Assembly (NCBI GenBank): GCA_951406725.2
Contig: OX597821.1
Span: forward strand, 57,660,001 to 57,724,000
DNA from: Octopus vulgaris
Taxonomy: Eukaryota
Direction: 5' to 3'
Length of the DNA: 64,000 bases
In this document: positions 41,382-55,658 of the stretch, one piece after another
How the letters are laid out: every line of letters starts with the position of its first letter
How positions within the stretch are numbered: position 1 is the first letter of the stretch
Notes under the pieces: generated by a model
What the model was told of the DNA's origin: nothing
Database searches by the model: none
The model's input: the letters and a program-made list of their open reading frames with translations, nothing else
Translations under genes and position numbers: made by a program

Positions 41382-43417
41382 TAATAGAAATGTTTACGCA
41401 TTATTTGGTTATTCAAACTTGATTGTTGATTAAAAATAATTAAAATACCGAGCTCGATTTGTTCAAATCTTGTTTCCTATAGAATATGTGATTCTCTTCT
41501 AATATTGGCTTGAAATTTTGGCACAAGGCCAGTAATTTCGGGATGGGGAGAGGCTAAACTGATTAGATTTACCCCAGTGTCGAACTGGTACTTATTTTAT
41601 CGATGCTGAAAGGATTTAAGATAAAGTCGACTTTGGCGGAATTTGAACTCACAACATAATGACGGACGAAATGCCGCTAAGCATTTTGCTCGACGTGCTA
41701 ACAATTCTGCCAGCACGCCGCCCTATTTTTAATATTGGTTTCAAATCTTGGTACAAGGCCAGCGATTTCAGAGGAGAGAGTATTTCGATTACATTAACCT
41801 CCTGTGTTCATCAGGTACTTAATTTATATTCTTCTGATATTATAAGTCATTATTGGCAAGCTGACAGATTCGTAAGAGCGTCGATAAAACTATCTTGCAA
41901 TAACAACTGCAGAAGTAGCGTTAGATTAAAATAGCTATCTTTGTAGCACAATGAATGTAGATATAACGGATTTTTTAGCCAGTAGTAGTTCAACCACTGT
42001 TTTCCTATATCAGTGACAATGGATTTTGTCTCAGCATACATTTGCCTGTGGGTACACACTATTGACAAAGCCCGAAGAAGCAGACAGGCAAATCTGGCAT
42101 TTTATCCGCCACTGCTGGACGATTTTCGTTTGTGACTGATATATTAATATTTGTTGTTGTTTTTGTTTTTTAAACACATTGAGTCCATCAGAGATGTTAT
42201 CACTGGACAAATTTTGCAGTTAATTTGCTTTTCGTGATGTATTTGCAGGAAGTATAACACACAGATTGCTATCTTGCAACACTTCTACGGATTCTACATT
42301 CTGAGATCAAATCCCGCCGAGATCAACTTTGCCTTTCATCCAATCAGAATCAATAACATAAAATACTAAATAAAATACCATGATTATTTCTGTTATCTAG
42401 TAATTTGCTTCATAACCATCTCGCATCATTGATGCCATTAACTGATCGTTTGATATGTGTTATATTTCTCTGATCTATGATATCGGATATGATGTTACTG
42501 TTCTTAATATTGCGCCATATCATCTCTGACAAAGTAAGCTTAAAACCAAATGTATTCAATCAGAGATTATCACGAATATTTTTCTTTGCGTCAGACATGG
42601 TATATCCAAGATTTTACTCACACAAGGCGTACTTCATATGTTTAATGACTATAAAGTCTAAGTTGATGGTGTCTCAACCACTCCCACTTTCATCCTATCA
42701 GATTGACTGACAGCATAATTTTCTTTATTTCCATGGATGTATTTCTTCCGGCCGTTCAAATTTCTTCTGAGTTCAAATTTCACCGGTGTCGACTTAACAT
42801 CTCATCGTTTCGGGGTCGATAAAATAAGTGAGTACCAGTTGAACACTGTGATCAATAAAATCGATTTACCCCGCCCTTAAAACTGTTGGCCATTGAGCAA
42901 AAAATTTGAATCGATATAAAACGTTTCCAGGAATGAAGGCGGAAATTAGACGTTATCGTAAGCACATCGTATAAAATGCTTAGCGACATTTCTTCCAACA
43001 TTCCACCGGTCATCCTTGCCTTTCATCCTTTCGGAGTCGAGAATATAACGTACCAGACAAGTACTGAGGTTGAAGTAAATGATTAAATTCCTCTCCAGAA
43101 ATTGCTAGCCTTCTGCCAAAATTTGAAACCATTATTACCAGGAATGTAGTACAAACATATCTCCGAAGACTTAGCCCTTAGTGACATATCAGTTATAATT
43201 TTATGATAGGTCGTTTGTGGCATCGCGCGATGGATTTACCTGACACATCTCATTAACTTTTCTACATCATCAAAATTAATGAGACTTTTGTGCCGAGGAA
43301 AGAATAAAAAAAACATACCGTTTTCCTTTCAATTTATAGAAATTGTATCTGTTTAAATATACATTGATTATATCTGAATATGTGTACTTTTAAGTAGATA
43401 TGTATGTATGCATAGGT

Positions 43418-43448
<31 letters not shown>

Positions 43449-43574
43449 TCATATATATATTTATTTATGGTCATACATACATGCATGCTTACATACAAAC
43501 GTACATACATACACACATACATACATACATACACACATACATACATACACACACATATACATACACACATACAT

Positions 43575-43605
<31 letters not shown>

Positions 43606-43637
43606 TACATACATACATACATACATACATACATACA

Positions 43638-43669
<32 letters not shown>

Positions 43670-44260
43670 CATCTTTACCGATGACGTCTTGTTTCATATC
43701 TCATCTCTCTCAGCATCAGAAAATAACTAAGCTAATTGATATAAGATATCTGAACAGAAAAATAAAACAAACAAGGCAAATCCAGAATGCATAAAACTGA
43801 GAAAATGTTCTAACCGCACATTTCTTTGTACAAAAGAGGAAAGAAATAAAAGAAAGAATTTTCAAAGAAATTTTCAATATAAAGATAGTTCATTCTTCAT
43901 TCATGGGCAATCTTAAATAGAAAAATCGAATTGACAAATTTCATCTAAAGGATCAATCTGTTGACCCTTTTGAAGACTTTTTTCCAAACACATCTCAAAG
44001 ACCAAAGAATATATTTGATGAAATTTCATTTAAAGGTATGATAAATGAGATGTGTTTAATAATTAAAAAAATGTCATTATTTTTAACAATGATTGATCGT
44101 ATTTCAATTTATACTACGCAGGCGTGGTTGGGTGGTAAGAAGTTTGCTTCCCAGCCACATGGTTCTGGGTTTAGTCTCACTGCGTGGCACCTTGGACAAC
44201 TGCCTTCTACTATAGAAGGTTTGGGAGTGGATTTGACTGATGGAAACTGAAAGAAGCCCA

Positions 44261-44300
<40 letters not shown>

Positions 44301-45124
44301 GCGTGTGCGTGTGTGTATGTTTGTGTGGCTTTGTGTTTGACCACCGGTGTTGGCGTGTCTACGTCTCCATAACTTAATTTCAAACAAAATGTAATAAGTA
44401 AGGGAATCGATTCATTGGTCTAAAAATTCTTCAAAGTAGTACCCCAGTATGGCCGCAGTCTAATGATTGAAACACATAAAATATAATGGTTAATCTAGGT
44501 GAGATAGCTGAGTGGGTGAAACATTGTTGTGTAAGCTTATTGGTGAGGTATTTCGAATCCCAGCAGGAGTTTGGTACGCTTTGGAGAGTAACTTTGTATC
44601 CTACACCTTTTCTATACATCGATATTCGAGATCATCCGATCATATTACCTGCGATAAACCGATGTCCTATAATAATATAGTTTCAAAGTTTGGCACAAAG
44701 CCAGCAGTTTTAAGGGATGATATCAGTCGATTACATCGGTACGAGTTTTAAACTGCTATCTATTTTATCGACCCGGAAAAAAATTGGAAAAGTCGACTTT
44801 GTCGGAATTTGGGCCTCGAGCGTAAAAAGCGAGAAGAAATGCCGCGAGGCATTATCTCCGAATCGCTAATGATTCTACAACCTCGCTGCCCTCCAATTAA
44901 GAATAATATGCCTTTCTTGCACGATTTATAGCATACAAAGCTGAAAACCGACTGTTTGAGGGATAATAGAGCGTGTTGGAAATTATTATTAGGAAAGAGT
45001 TAAATTTTCATTTGTAAGAAATCTAATAAATATATGTCTTGAGGCCTTATAAGGATTGCATTTCGTTATTTCGCATGAAGAATTTACAACTCTCTGCCCC
45101 ACCCATTTTCTCCCTCATTGTCTG

Positions 45125-45200
<76 letters not shown>

Positions 45201-45281
45201 TTAATATATATTTTTTATAATATATACAGACACTCACACACACACACACACATGCACACACACACACACACACATTCACAC

Positions 45282-45332
<51 letters not shown>

Positions 45333-45656
45333 TACACTTGTATATATAAGCCACTCCAAATTGTCCGTCTTCTGCTTACAGTTGTTACACCTTTACCGCC
45401 TCTGCAGTCATAATTATGTTTTTGAGACCCCTACCCATTGGTGGTCCTCCACATTGGGCTTCCACACCGAAAAAATACACTTTTCGAAATTGTGCACAAC
45501 CATAATATCGCAAATGCCACACATAAAGGGATTATATACATCTGTACATTTCCTAAAACTGAACCTGTCACACGAAATAACACTTCAAACACGCACCAAC
45601 ACACAAACAACCCTATATTATATGCATGTACACTTGCATACACCACCCCATTCGTG

Positions 45657-46022
45657 GCACTCCGTCGGTTGCGCCGACGAGGGTTCCAGTTGATCCGATC
45701 AATGGAACAGCTTGCTCGTGAAATTAACGTGCAAGTGGCTGAGCACTCCACAGGCACGTGTAGCCTTAACGTAGTTCTCGGGGACATACAGCGTGACACA
45801 GAGTGTAACAGAGCTGGCTCTTTGAAATACATGTACAAAAGAAACAGGAAGAATGAGTGAGAGAAAGTTGTAGTGATAGAACACGGCAGTGTTCGCCACC
45901 AACCTCTGCCGGAGCCTCGTGAAGCTTTAGGTGTTTTTGTTCAATAAACATTCAAACGCCCGGTTTGGGAATCGAAACTAAGATCCTACGACCGCGAGTC
46001 TGCTGCCCTAACCACAGGGCCA
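45657..46022 (-). mobile_element. SINE family C head with an alternative 3' module
   Basis: Head matches 32891; 3' part (ctgtggagtgctcagccacttgcacgttaatttcacgagcaagctg) matches 49190-49440 instead. Confidence 0.8.
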
Positions 46023-46400
46023 TCCCATTATACATCAATATACATACTTCCACACCCAACCAAATTATACACGTATTGTATTCCACCCGCCTCACCCCTA
46101 TAAGTTGCACATTCACTAATCCTATATATCCATATATAATCCATATACATCCATGTATAATCCTATACACCTCATATATGCATAGCTAACTTTAAACACT
46201 CAAATACATTTCTTTCTACTGTATCCACAAGGCTCGAAAACTTTGAGGAAGGGGCAAGTCGATTACATCGACCCCAGTGTTCAAATTGTACATATTTTAT
46301 CGACGCAGGCTTGGCTGTGTGGTAATAAGCTTGCTTCTCAACCACATTGTTCTGGGTTCAGTCCTACTGCGTGGCACCTTGGGCCACGCAGTTGGACTTA

Positions 46401-46664
46401 ACTTGTGATGTTCTGTGTCTGCAATTAGTGAACATAAGCAGTTCAGAAGTAGGATAAATTAGCTTTCTGGAAGAAGAAAGGAAATCTAACGTTTTGAGTA
46501 GGGGATGAAACTCTGGGACATGGTTGATGGGATACGGGACAATTTTGCACGGCCGGCTGAATTTTCAATATGTTTGGCGACAGTACGTTTTGGAACTGAA
46601 AACAAACATGCGCGCACGCACACAAATACAGCATACAGATACAGAGAGAGACAGACAGACAGAC

Positions 46665-46695
<31 letters not shown>

Positions 46696-46930
46696 CAGAC
46701 AGACAGAGACAGAGACAGACAGACAGATAGATAGGGACAGACATACAATTAGACATACTGAATAAGACATTAAATAAATATTCTTCCTTCTATAGGCATA
46801 ATGCCTGAAATGATGAGGGGGGTGACTAGTCGGTTATATGGACACCAATGCTCATCTCGTACTTATTTTATCGATGCCTGGAAGGGATGAAGGGCAAAAT
46901 TGGCCTCGGCGGAATTTGAACTCAAAACAA
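46401..46930. repeat. Local duplication copy 1 (copy 2 at 51739-52205)
   Basis: About 470-530 bp direct repeat including unique sequence, an (AGAC)n tract and a decayed SINE B. Confidence 0.9.
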
Positions 46931-47850
46931 AGCGTCTTCTACTATAGTCTCGGGCCGACCAAAGTCTTGTGAGTGGATTTGGTAGACGGAAACTGAAAGA
47001 AGCCCGTCGTATATATGTATATGTATATATACGTATGTATATATTTGTGTCTGTGTTTGTCCCTCCACCATCGCTCGACAACCGATGTTGGTGTGTTTAC
47101 GTCCCCTAACTCAGCGGTTCGGCGAAAGAGATCACTAGAATAAGTACTAGGATTACAAAGAATAAGCCCTGAGCTCGATTTGTTCGAGTAAAGGTGTTCC
47201 AGCATGGCAGTAGTCAAATGTCTGGAATAAGTAAAAGAATAAAAAGTACGTCGAAAGAATGATAAAGTCGAGCTCAGCTGAATTGGAACACAGAACGTAA
47301 AGACGGACGAAAACCCGCTAGGCATTTTATCCGGCATGCTATCCATTTTTCCATATTGCGCCGCTTTGCACATGCACAATTAGCGATTTCAAATTTGGCA
47401 CAAGGCCAGCAATTCTGGAAGAGGGAGTAAGTCGATTACATCGACCCCATTGCTCAATTGATATTTATTTTATCGACTCCGAAAGGATGAAAAGAAAAGT
47501 CGACATCGGTGAAATTTGAACACAGAACATAAAGGAATGGAACTCATGACCTGAGGTCAAAAGCATTCAGAATGGAATACAACTTCTCGTCGTACTATTC
47601 TACTACCAACGCCGACAAGGTAGAAATGACTTCGAAGAGTTGGTCTCATTCATATTTATTTTCGCATCCACCTTTCAATGTTTTGACTTCTCTTTGGTAA
47701 AATGTACGACCCGATGCACACACACTCACACAGATACACACGCACACATACATACATACATACATACACACGCACAGACACACACACATACATGTATACA
47801 TACATACATACACACACGCACGAATACACAGACACACAGTCACACACACG

Positions 47851-47882
<32 letters not shown>

Positions 47883-48785
47883 CATATACATCAAAACTTA
47901 TATATATATACACATACATCAAACAGAAGCGTTCAAATACGTATTACCCTAGCCATAATGACAATCCTAATGGACAACTTAGAATAACCATAACACGAGA
48001 TATAAAAGTATTCATAGGCAAGAAATACATCAAACATATACAACCATCATCAGCTGCCCAACGGATATCGTTATGGTTTCGACACCTGGGAAAGTAGCAT
48101 TCCATCCAGTGATATTAACAGCGTTAACGACATAAATGCAACCTAGGAATTAACGGACAAGAAGCAGAGGCGAATCATTAACATATGTCCATTAGATCTA
48201 TACTTGCATATTATTATACATACGAACGTGAAATCTCAAACAAAAATCGTTTCGTGCTTACAGCTACGAAACATAGTAATTAAAAGTATCTCATAGAAAA
48301 CAGAAATAGATTCAAGCAGGATGTTACTGCCTCAAGAATTATAGAATTTACACGCACTATAGTTTTTGTAAAAAATTATAAATTCATGTTGATCTTTACT
48401 CACATTTTGGTTTTAAGCTTAACATACCAACCCAATGAGCATAATTATATCCAAAAGTATGAATTTATACTTTTTTTCTTTATATATTCCACCGAAACGC
48501 TGTGACCGCGAGAGGGGTGCCACCATTTTCATCACCTATTCAAAAGTCATTCTCACGTGATTGACTTTTGATGAATGATGGAGTTTCATTACTGCTTCCC
48601 TCATTTGCGATTCTGGTAATCATATAGTCCCACCTGGGATTTTGGCTTGCAGAAGATCAAATCGCTTCTAGTAAACATCTACCCCAACCTCACACTCTAT
48701 GTAGGTACCTACTTTTTTCTGGAAAGATATTATACAGCTACTGGCCCTTGAAACCCAAGACATAGCAATATCTGGTCCTTGATCT

Positions 48786-48994
48786 GAATGCGGCGAGCTG
48801 GCAGAAAGGTTAGCACACCGGGCGAAATGCTTAGCGGTATTTCGTATGTCTTTATGTTCAGAATTCAAATTTCGCCGAGGTTCACTTTGCCTTTCAAACT
48901 TTCGGTAAATTAAGTAACGTTTCCGTACTGGGATCGATCTAATCGAATAGCCTCCTCTCCCAAAATTTCGGGCTTTGTGCCTAGAGTAGAAAAG
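48786..48994 (+). mobile_element. Full-length SINE family B with 19-bp TSD
   Basis: TSD aatatct(g/t)gtccttgatct at 48767-48785 and 48995-49013. Confidence 0.9.
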
Positions 48995-49189
48995 AATATC
49001 TTGTCCTTGATCTTATTAAATTAATATAGTTTAGTTTCACCTCCTTATGATTATTTGGATATGCATGTGGTGGTGGATCTCTGTCGTTCAGCTTCGAGGG
49101 TTCAGTCGTTCGACGACCTGAATTACCTGATCCTTAATTAACGCCAAAGTAACTGAGTTTTCCACTGACACGGATTTTTCAACTGGTAC

Positions 49190-49590
49190 TCCGTCGGTTA
49201 CCAGCTGATCCGATCAATGGGACAGCTCATAAAGTTCTATATTTAAGAGATGAGGAATTATGTACAACAAACAAGGTGAGGACAAATATCCATCGAAGGT
49301 AAATAATGTAAATAATGGGACAGCTTGCTCGTGAAATTAATTTGCAAGTGGCTGAGCACTCCACAGACACGTGTACCCTTAACGTAGTTCTCGGGAGATT
49401 CAGCATAATACAGAGTTTAATATGTTTCGTGCTTTGAAATAGCGGCACTCATTTTTGCCAGCCAAGTGATCTGGAACAACGTAAAATAAAGTATCTTGGT
49501 TGAGGACACAGCGTATCCACGGGAATTGAACTCGTGATCTTACGATCGTAAACCGTATATATTAACCACTAAGCCACGCGCCTCCACGGA
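49190..49590 (-). mobile_element. tRNA-derived SINE with a different head but the same 3' module as 45657-45835; carries an ~85 bp nested insertion
   Basis: Reverse-complement head ggaggcgcgtggcttagtggtta...gagttcaattccc; insert flanked by duplicated aatgggacagct (about 49216 and 49314). Confidence 0.7.
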
Positions 49591-49662
49591 TACCCTTAAC
49601 GTAATTCCCAGGAAGAGTCAGCGTTACACAGGATGTATGACAAGTCTGACAACGTCTCTTTG

Positions 49663-50068
49663 AAGGTGACGAGCTGGCAGAAACGATAGTACGCCAGGCG
49701 AAATGCTTAGCGGTATTTCGTCCGCCGCTACGTTCTGAGTTCAAATTCCGTCGAGGACGACTTAACCTTTCATCCTTTCGGGGTCGATTAAATAAGTAAC
49801 AGTTACGCACTGTGGTTGATATAATCGACTTAATCCGTTTGTCTGTCCTTGTTTATCCTCTCTGTGTTTAGCCCCTTGTGGGTAGTAAAGAAATAGGTAT
49901 TTCGTCTGTCTTTACGTTTCTGAGTTCAAATTCCGCTGAGGTCAACTTTGCCTTTCATCTTTTCGTTGGGGGCGATAAATTAAGTACCAGTTGCATACGA
50001 GTGCCGATGTAATCGACTGGCTCCATTTCCCCAAAATTTCGAGCCTTGTGCTTAGAGTAGAAAAGAAC
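49663..50068 (+). mobile_element. Tandem SINE family B dimer (two tail types)
   Basis: First unit ends gtttagccccttgtgggtagtaaagaaata; second ends gccttgtgcttagagtagaaaagaa. Confidence 0.85.
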
Positions 50069-50772
50069 GTAATACACTTTGAATTCCAGGAGCAATCTAC
50101 CCTGATAGATTTTACACTGATTTCCCTCAGAAGTTATAATAGAACATGACATTTGACAACATTTTATGCAGTGGAATCGAACTTCTAAACCTCTCAATTA
50201 TACTACACTTATATTCTTTTCTACTCTAGGCACATGGGCCGAAATTTTTAGGGAGGGGGCTGCCAATCGATTAGATTGGATGCCACTACACATCTGGTAC
50301 TTAATTTATCGACCCGAAAAGATGAAGTGCAAAGTCGATTTCGGTGGAATTTGAACTCAGAACGTAAAGACAGACGAAATACCGCTAGGCATTTCAGACG
50401 GCGTACTACAGTTTCTGGCAGCCTTAACACCTACATATATTAATTATTTATATCTACATAATTACATAAAACCAATTCTATCAATTCAATCAGTATATAT
50501 ACGATCTTTGTTAATATAATTAATTTTCGTTTTTAATTTATATTCATAGGCACAGGAGTGGCTTTGTGGTAAGTAGCTTCTGGTAAGTAGTTTACCAACC
50601 ACATGGTTCCAGTCTTAGTGCTACTGCGTGACAGCTTGGGCAACTGTCTTCTACTTTAGCCTCGGGCCGACCAAAGTCTTGTGAGTGGATTTGGTAGACG
50701 GAAACTGAAAGAAGTCCGTCGTATATATATCTATACATACATACATACATACATACAAACATACATACATAT

Positions 50773-50882
<110 letters not shown>

Positions 50883-51306
50883 GTATATGTATGCTTACAA
50901 AGAATAAGTCCTGGAGTCGATTTGCTCGACTAAAGGCTATGCTCCGCCATGGCCGCAGTCAATTGATTAGAACAAGTAAAAGAATAAAAGAATAATATAA
51001 TATATTCTCTATTTTATGTTTATTTATTTTCCTAATAATTATTTGCTTTTAATTGAAAACAATATATTCTTAGACACACGAGTATATATATAAGTATATT
51101 AAATATATACAAATTATAAATCATGAGAAAATTAGTTTTTGCTCAGAGACCGAAAAAAAAGGACATTATGTAAAGAAAATTAAAAGTCAATTTTATATTT
51201 TGAGATCAAAGAGAAAAACATTATAACTTTTGGTCATACACCAAAAGTTTCACTTATTTCCCAGACATGACCCCCGCACATTCCTACCTTAGGCAAACAT
51301 ACATAC

Positions 51307-51346
<40 letters not shown>

Positions 51347-51514
51347 TTCATATATATATGTATATATATATATATATATAATATATATTCATATATATGT
51401 GTATATATATATATATATATACATACACATATATATATATACCACGTATATGTTTACATACAGTCGTACATGCATATATACACACTTCCGCCCCACACAT
51501 ACAATTATATACAG

Positions 51515-51615
<101 letters not shown>

Positions 51616-51738
51616 TGTGGAGTGTGTGTATGTGTGTATGTTTGGCAATAACAAGTTTTGATGTGTGTATAATAGTTTGAAGATCTCATTTTTCCTGTAA
51701 ACAAACAATGATCGAAGTAAACAAACGAATCCAAAAAT

Positions 51739-51980
51739 ACTTGTGATGTTCTGTGTCTGCAATTAGTGGACGTAAGCAGTTCAGGAGTAGGATAAATTAG
51801 TTTTCTGGAAGAAGAAAGATAATGTAACGTTTTGAGTAGGGGGTGAGACTCTGGGACACGGTTGTTTGGATACGGGACAGTTTTGCACGGCCGGCTGAAT
51901 TTTCAATATGTTTGGCGACAGTACGTTTTGGAACTGGAAACAAACATGCGCGCACGCACACAAATATAGCATACAGATAC

Positions 51981-52011
<31 letters not shown>

Positions 52012-52205
52012 GAAGTACTGACAATCAGACATACTGAGTAAGGCATTGCATAAATATTCTTCTTTCTATAGGCATAATGCCTGAAAAGATGAGGGGGGTG
52101 ACTAGTCGATTACATGGACCCCAATGCTCATCTCATACCTATTTTATCGATGCCTGGAAGGGATGAAGCGCAAAATTGGCCTCGGAGGAATTTGAACTCA
52201 AAACA
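51739..52205. repeat. Local duplication copy 2
   Basis: Direct repeat of 46401-46930. Confidence 0.9.
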
Positions 52206-52656
52206 TATAGCATGCTAACGATTCTGCCAGCTCACCACCTTTACACAAATATACAAACATAAGCAGAACAAAGTCTTAGCTGTGTGTTTAACAAGCTTGT
52301 TTGGCAGCCACGGAGTTTCATTTCGGGCAACTGAGAATTTGATTAAGAGAAACTGTATTGAAGCCCGTCATATGTGCGTGTGTGTGTGTGTGTGTTTGTT
52401 TGTTTGTGTGCGCGTGTGTGTGTGTGTGTGTTTGCCTGTGTTTGTCACCCTTTCCTCCTTGCAACTTGACAACCACTGCTTGTTAGTTCACGCCCGCGTA
52501 GGCTAGCGGTTCGGCAAAAGGGTCTTATAAAATAAGTACCAGACTTTACAAAACTACAAGTACTGCGTTTATTTATCCGGCTAACATCATTTAAAGCGGT
52601 GCTCCTGTATGGCCATGGTCTCATGACTGAAACGATTAAAAGGTAAACGATAAATA

Positions 52657-52897
52657 TTTATTGTCTGGGGAGAATCATTCTCTTTTAGTGCCTTATTAAT
52701 TTAACACCTTCACCGATTTCTACTCATTTACTTATCTATTTTTACTAAAATTTTCGATGCGTCTTGCCTTGAAAAGGTTGCAAAACGCAACGAAATTTTA
52801 GTAAAAATATATAAGTAAATGAGTGGAAATCGAATTGGTGAGTGTGTTAAATTAATAAGGCACTAAAAGAGAATGACTCTTCCCAGACACAATAAAA
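52657..52897. mobile_element. Fold-back element (~110 bp arms) centred on a hammerhead-like core (52769-52800)
   Basis: ttattgtctgggga...cattctcttttagtgccttattaatttaacac / gtgttaaattaataaggcactaaaagagaatgactcttcccagacacaataa; centre TTGAAAA-g-GTTGC(aaaac)GCAAC-GAAA-ttt-TA. Confidence 0.8.
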
Positions 52898-53783
52898 AAT
52901 GCTTCAACACACGAATTCACATAAAGAATCTTGCAAACCAAATACGAAAACGAGATAAAGATTTATATCTAGTGAAATGCTCAACGAATACCTAGGACAC
53001 AGCAGATCGATAACGACTCAATGCATCACATATATGTTGGGGCTATTCATTTGTAATGAAAATAATGGCTTCTAATTTGGGTACAAAGTCAGCAGCTTTG
53101 AGGATACGGTTTAATCGATTCTATTGACCCCGGTATTTGACTGGTACTCTACTTTATCAACCCCGAACGAATAAAAGGCAAAGGTGACCCCCAGCAGCAT
53201 TTGAACTCAGATCGTAAAGAATGGAGACAAATTCCACAAGACACGTTTTTAACAACGCCGCTAAGGATTCAGCTAACACACTGTCTACGCCCGGCTAATT
53301 TTCTCCATGCATTATTGCAGTGGTTCGCAACTATTTTTCTCCAATGGATGGGCCCTCCTAGTCGTATAATGTTTAAAATATCCTACTACATTTTTATACT
53401 TAAATATTATAAAGAATTGTGAAAAAAAATGTTTAGATGGGCGCGGGCATAGCTGTGTGGTAAGAAGCTTACTTCCTAACCACATGGTTCCGGATTCAGT
53501 CCCTTGGCGTGACACCTTGGGCAGATGTCTTCTACTATAACCTTGGGTCGACCAAAGCCTTGTGAGTGGATTTGGTAGACAAAAACTGAAAGAATCCCAT
53601 CGTGTATATGTATATTCCAACAGCACTACTGAAATGATGTTGGTACCCAGTTTAAAATTCAACCGAGGCTTGATCCCCGTGTTATCCGTCCTCTATAATA
53701 GTCATGTTCCCGTCACATCACAATTTTAAATGCCTTTTCCAAGTGGTGCTATTAATTTATCTAAGTATCTAAGAATGTATGTG

Positions 53784-53838
<55 letters not shown>

Positions 53839-53892
53839 GTGTGGGCGTGTGTATGTACGCATACACATAGGCGCAGGAGTGGATGTGTTTGC

Positions 53893-54305
53893 AGGCGCAG
53901 GAGTGGCTGTGTGGTAATTAGCTTGCTTACCAACCACATGATTCCGGGTTCAGTCCCACTGCGTGGCACCTTGGGCAAGTGTCTTCTACTACAGTCTCGG
54001 GCTGACCAAATCCATGTGAACGGATTTGGTCGACGGAAACTGAAAAGAAGCCCGTCGTATATATGCATATATATGTGTGTGTGCGTGTGTATGTGTGTGT
54101 CTGTGTGTCTGTGTTTGTCCCCCCCCAACATCGCTTGACAACCGATACTGGCGTGTTTACGTCTCCGTAACTTAGCGGTTCGGCAAAGAGATCGATAGAA
54201 TAAGTACTAGGCTTACAAAGAATAAGTCCTGAGGTCGATTTGCTCGACTTAAGGTGGTGTTCCAACATGACCGCAGTCAAATGACTGAAACAAGTAAAAG
54301 AGTAA
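53893..54305 (+). mobile_element. Full-length SINE family A (reference copy; others at about 13160, 27470, 44117, 46935, 50548, 53440, 59444)
   Basis: ggcgcaggagtggctgtgtggtaa (A box)...gggttcagtccc (B box)...ccttgggcaagtgtctt (CORE-like)...internal microsatellite...hairpin cagtcaaatgactg, gtaaaaga tail. Confidence 0.9.
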
Positions 54306-54359
54306 GCGAGAATACATATATAATACACACACACAGGCGCACGCACACAAACACATATG

Positions 54360-54466
<107 letters not shown>

Positions 54467-54467
54467 G

Positions 54468-55415
54468 TATATAAATATAGGCATATATACATACATATAT
54501 GTACATACCTACATCTATATGTATATATACATGCATATATGGGTACAGGACATCAAAAAAACGTTGAACACATGAGAAACGAAAATATAAAACGAACTTT
54601 TTTTTCAAACAACGAACAGAGTACAAGACATACAATACAAGGAATATTCCCCTTCTTCAGTTGTCAATGTTTCGTCTACTCCGTGTTCGAAGGTAAGGAC
54701 AAGACGCGACTTCGCTGAAACAGTCCTTCCCGCAAAGCAAATTAAATAAAATTTGAGATTTTTGCGGTGGGGTAAAAGTGGTAACAAGAACAGGACAGTA
54801 AAAACAAAACAAGACAGTAAAAACAATAAAAGTAAAATCAGTAAAAGACAGAACAAAGAGAATAACACAGTAAAAACAAACGATGAGGGCTATTAAGCCA
54901 AGAAGTTGGAAAAATTATTTTGAACGCATTAAGAAGACAGCTTATGAGAGGGACAGGATAAAGTCTTGTTTCGGTAAAGATAGCAGTTGGAAAGATGGCT
55001 TCCCTCTGGTCACGTGTCAGTGACGAGAGAGTTGAGGAGGAGGAGGAGGAGGAGGAAGGGAGAGGGAACGTTGAAGGGGAGAGGAAAAGAATAGGGAAGG
55101 GTGGGAGAGAAAACCAGAAAGGATGAAGAACAAAAGAGGGAGAGAGATAGACAGAGGAGAATTAGTAAAACTTAAGAGTACGCATCATAATTATTAAGAT
55201 AAAACTTACTTGGAAAAGGATGCGTGGTGTTCGATCATATAATAATATAATATATAAATGTATGCATATATACATACATATATGTACATACCTACATCTA
55301 TATGTATTTATACATGCATATATGGGTACAGGACGTAAAAAAACATTGAACACAATGAGAAACGAAAACATAAAAACAAAAACATGGAAACGAACATTAT
55401 TTCAAACAAATAAAA
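54468..55415. mobile_element. Non-coding element with ~150 bp terminal direct repeats (period ~783 bp) in (TA)n
   Basis: tacatatatgtacatacctacatctatatg...gggtacaggac...ttgaacac..tgagaaacgaaaa at about 54490-54610 and 55270-55410. Confidence 0.7.
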
Positions 55416-55419
55416 AACA

Positions 55420-55459
<40 letters not shown>

Positions 55460-55475
55460 CCATACATACATATAC

Positions 55476-55555
<80 letters not shown>

Positions 55556-55622
55556 ATCGAGTGAAATCTTGAAGTGAGAAGCAAAAAGTTTTAAATATTC
55601 TCTTGCATTTCAAGTTATTATG

Positions 55623-55648
<26 letters not shown>

Positions 55649-55658
<10 letters not shown>

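Noticed and set aside
47940-48460. Possible very old PLE RT remnant (ILMDNLE)
   Set aside because: A single weak motif with no YxDD; insufficient evidence.
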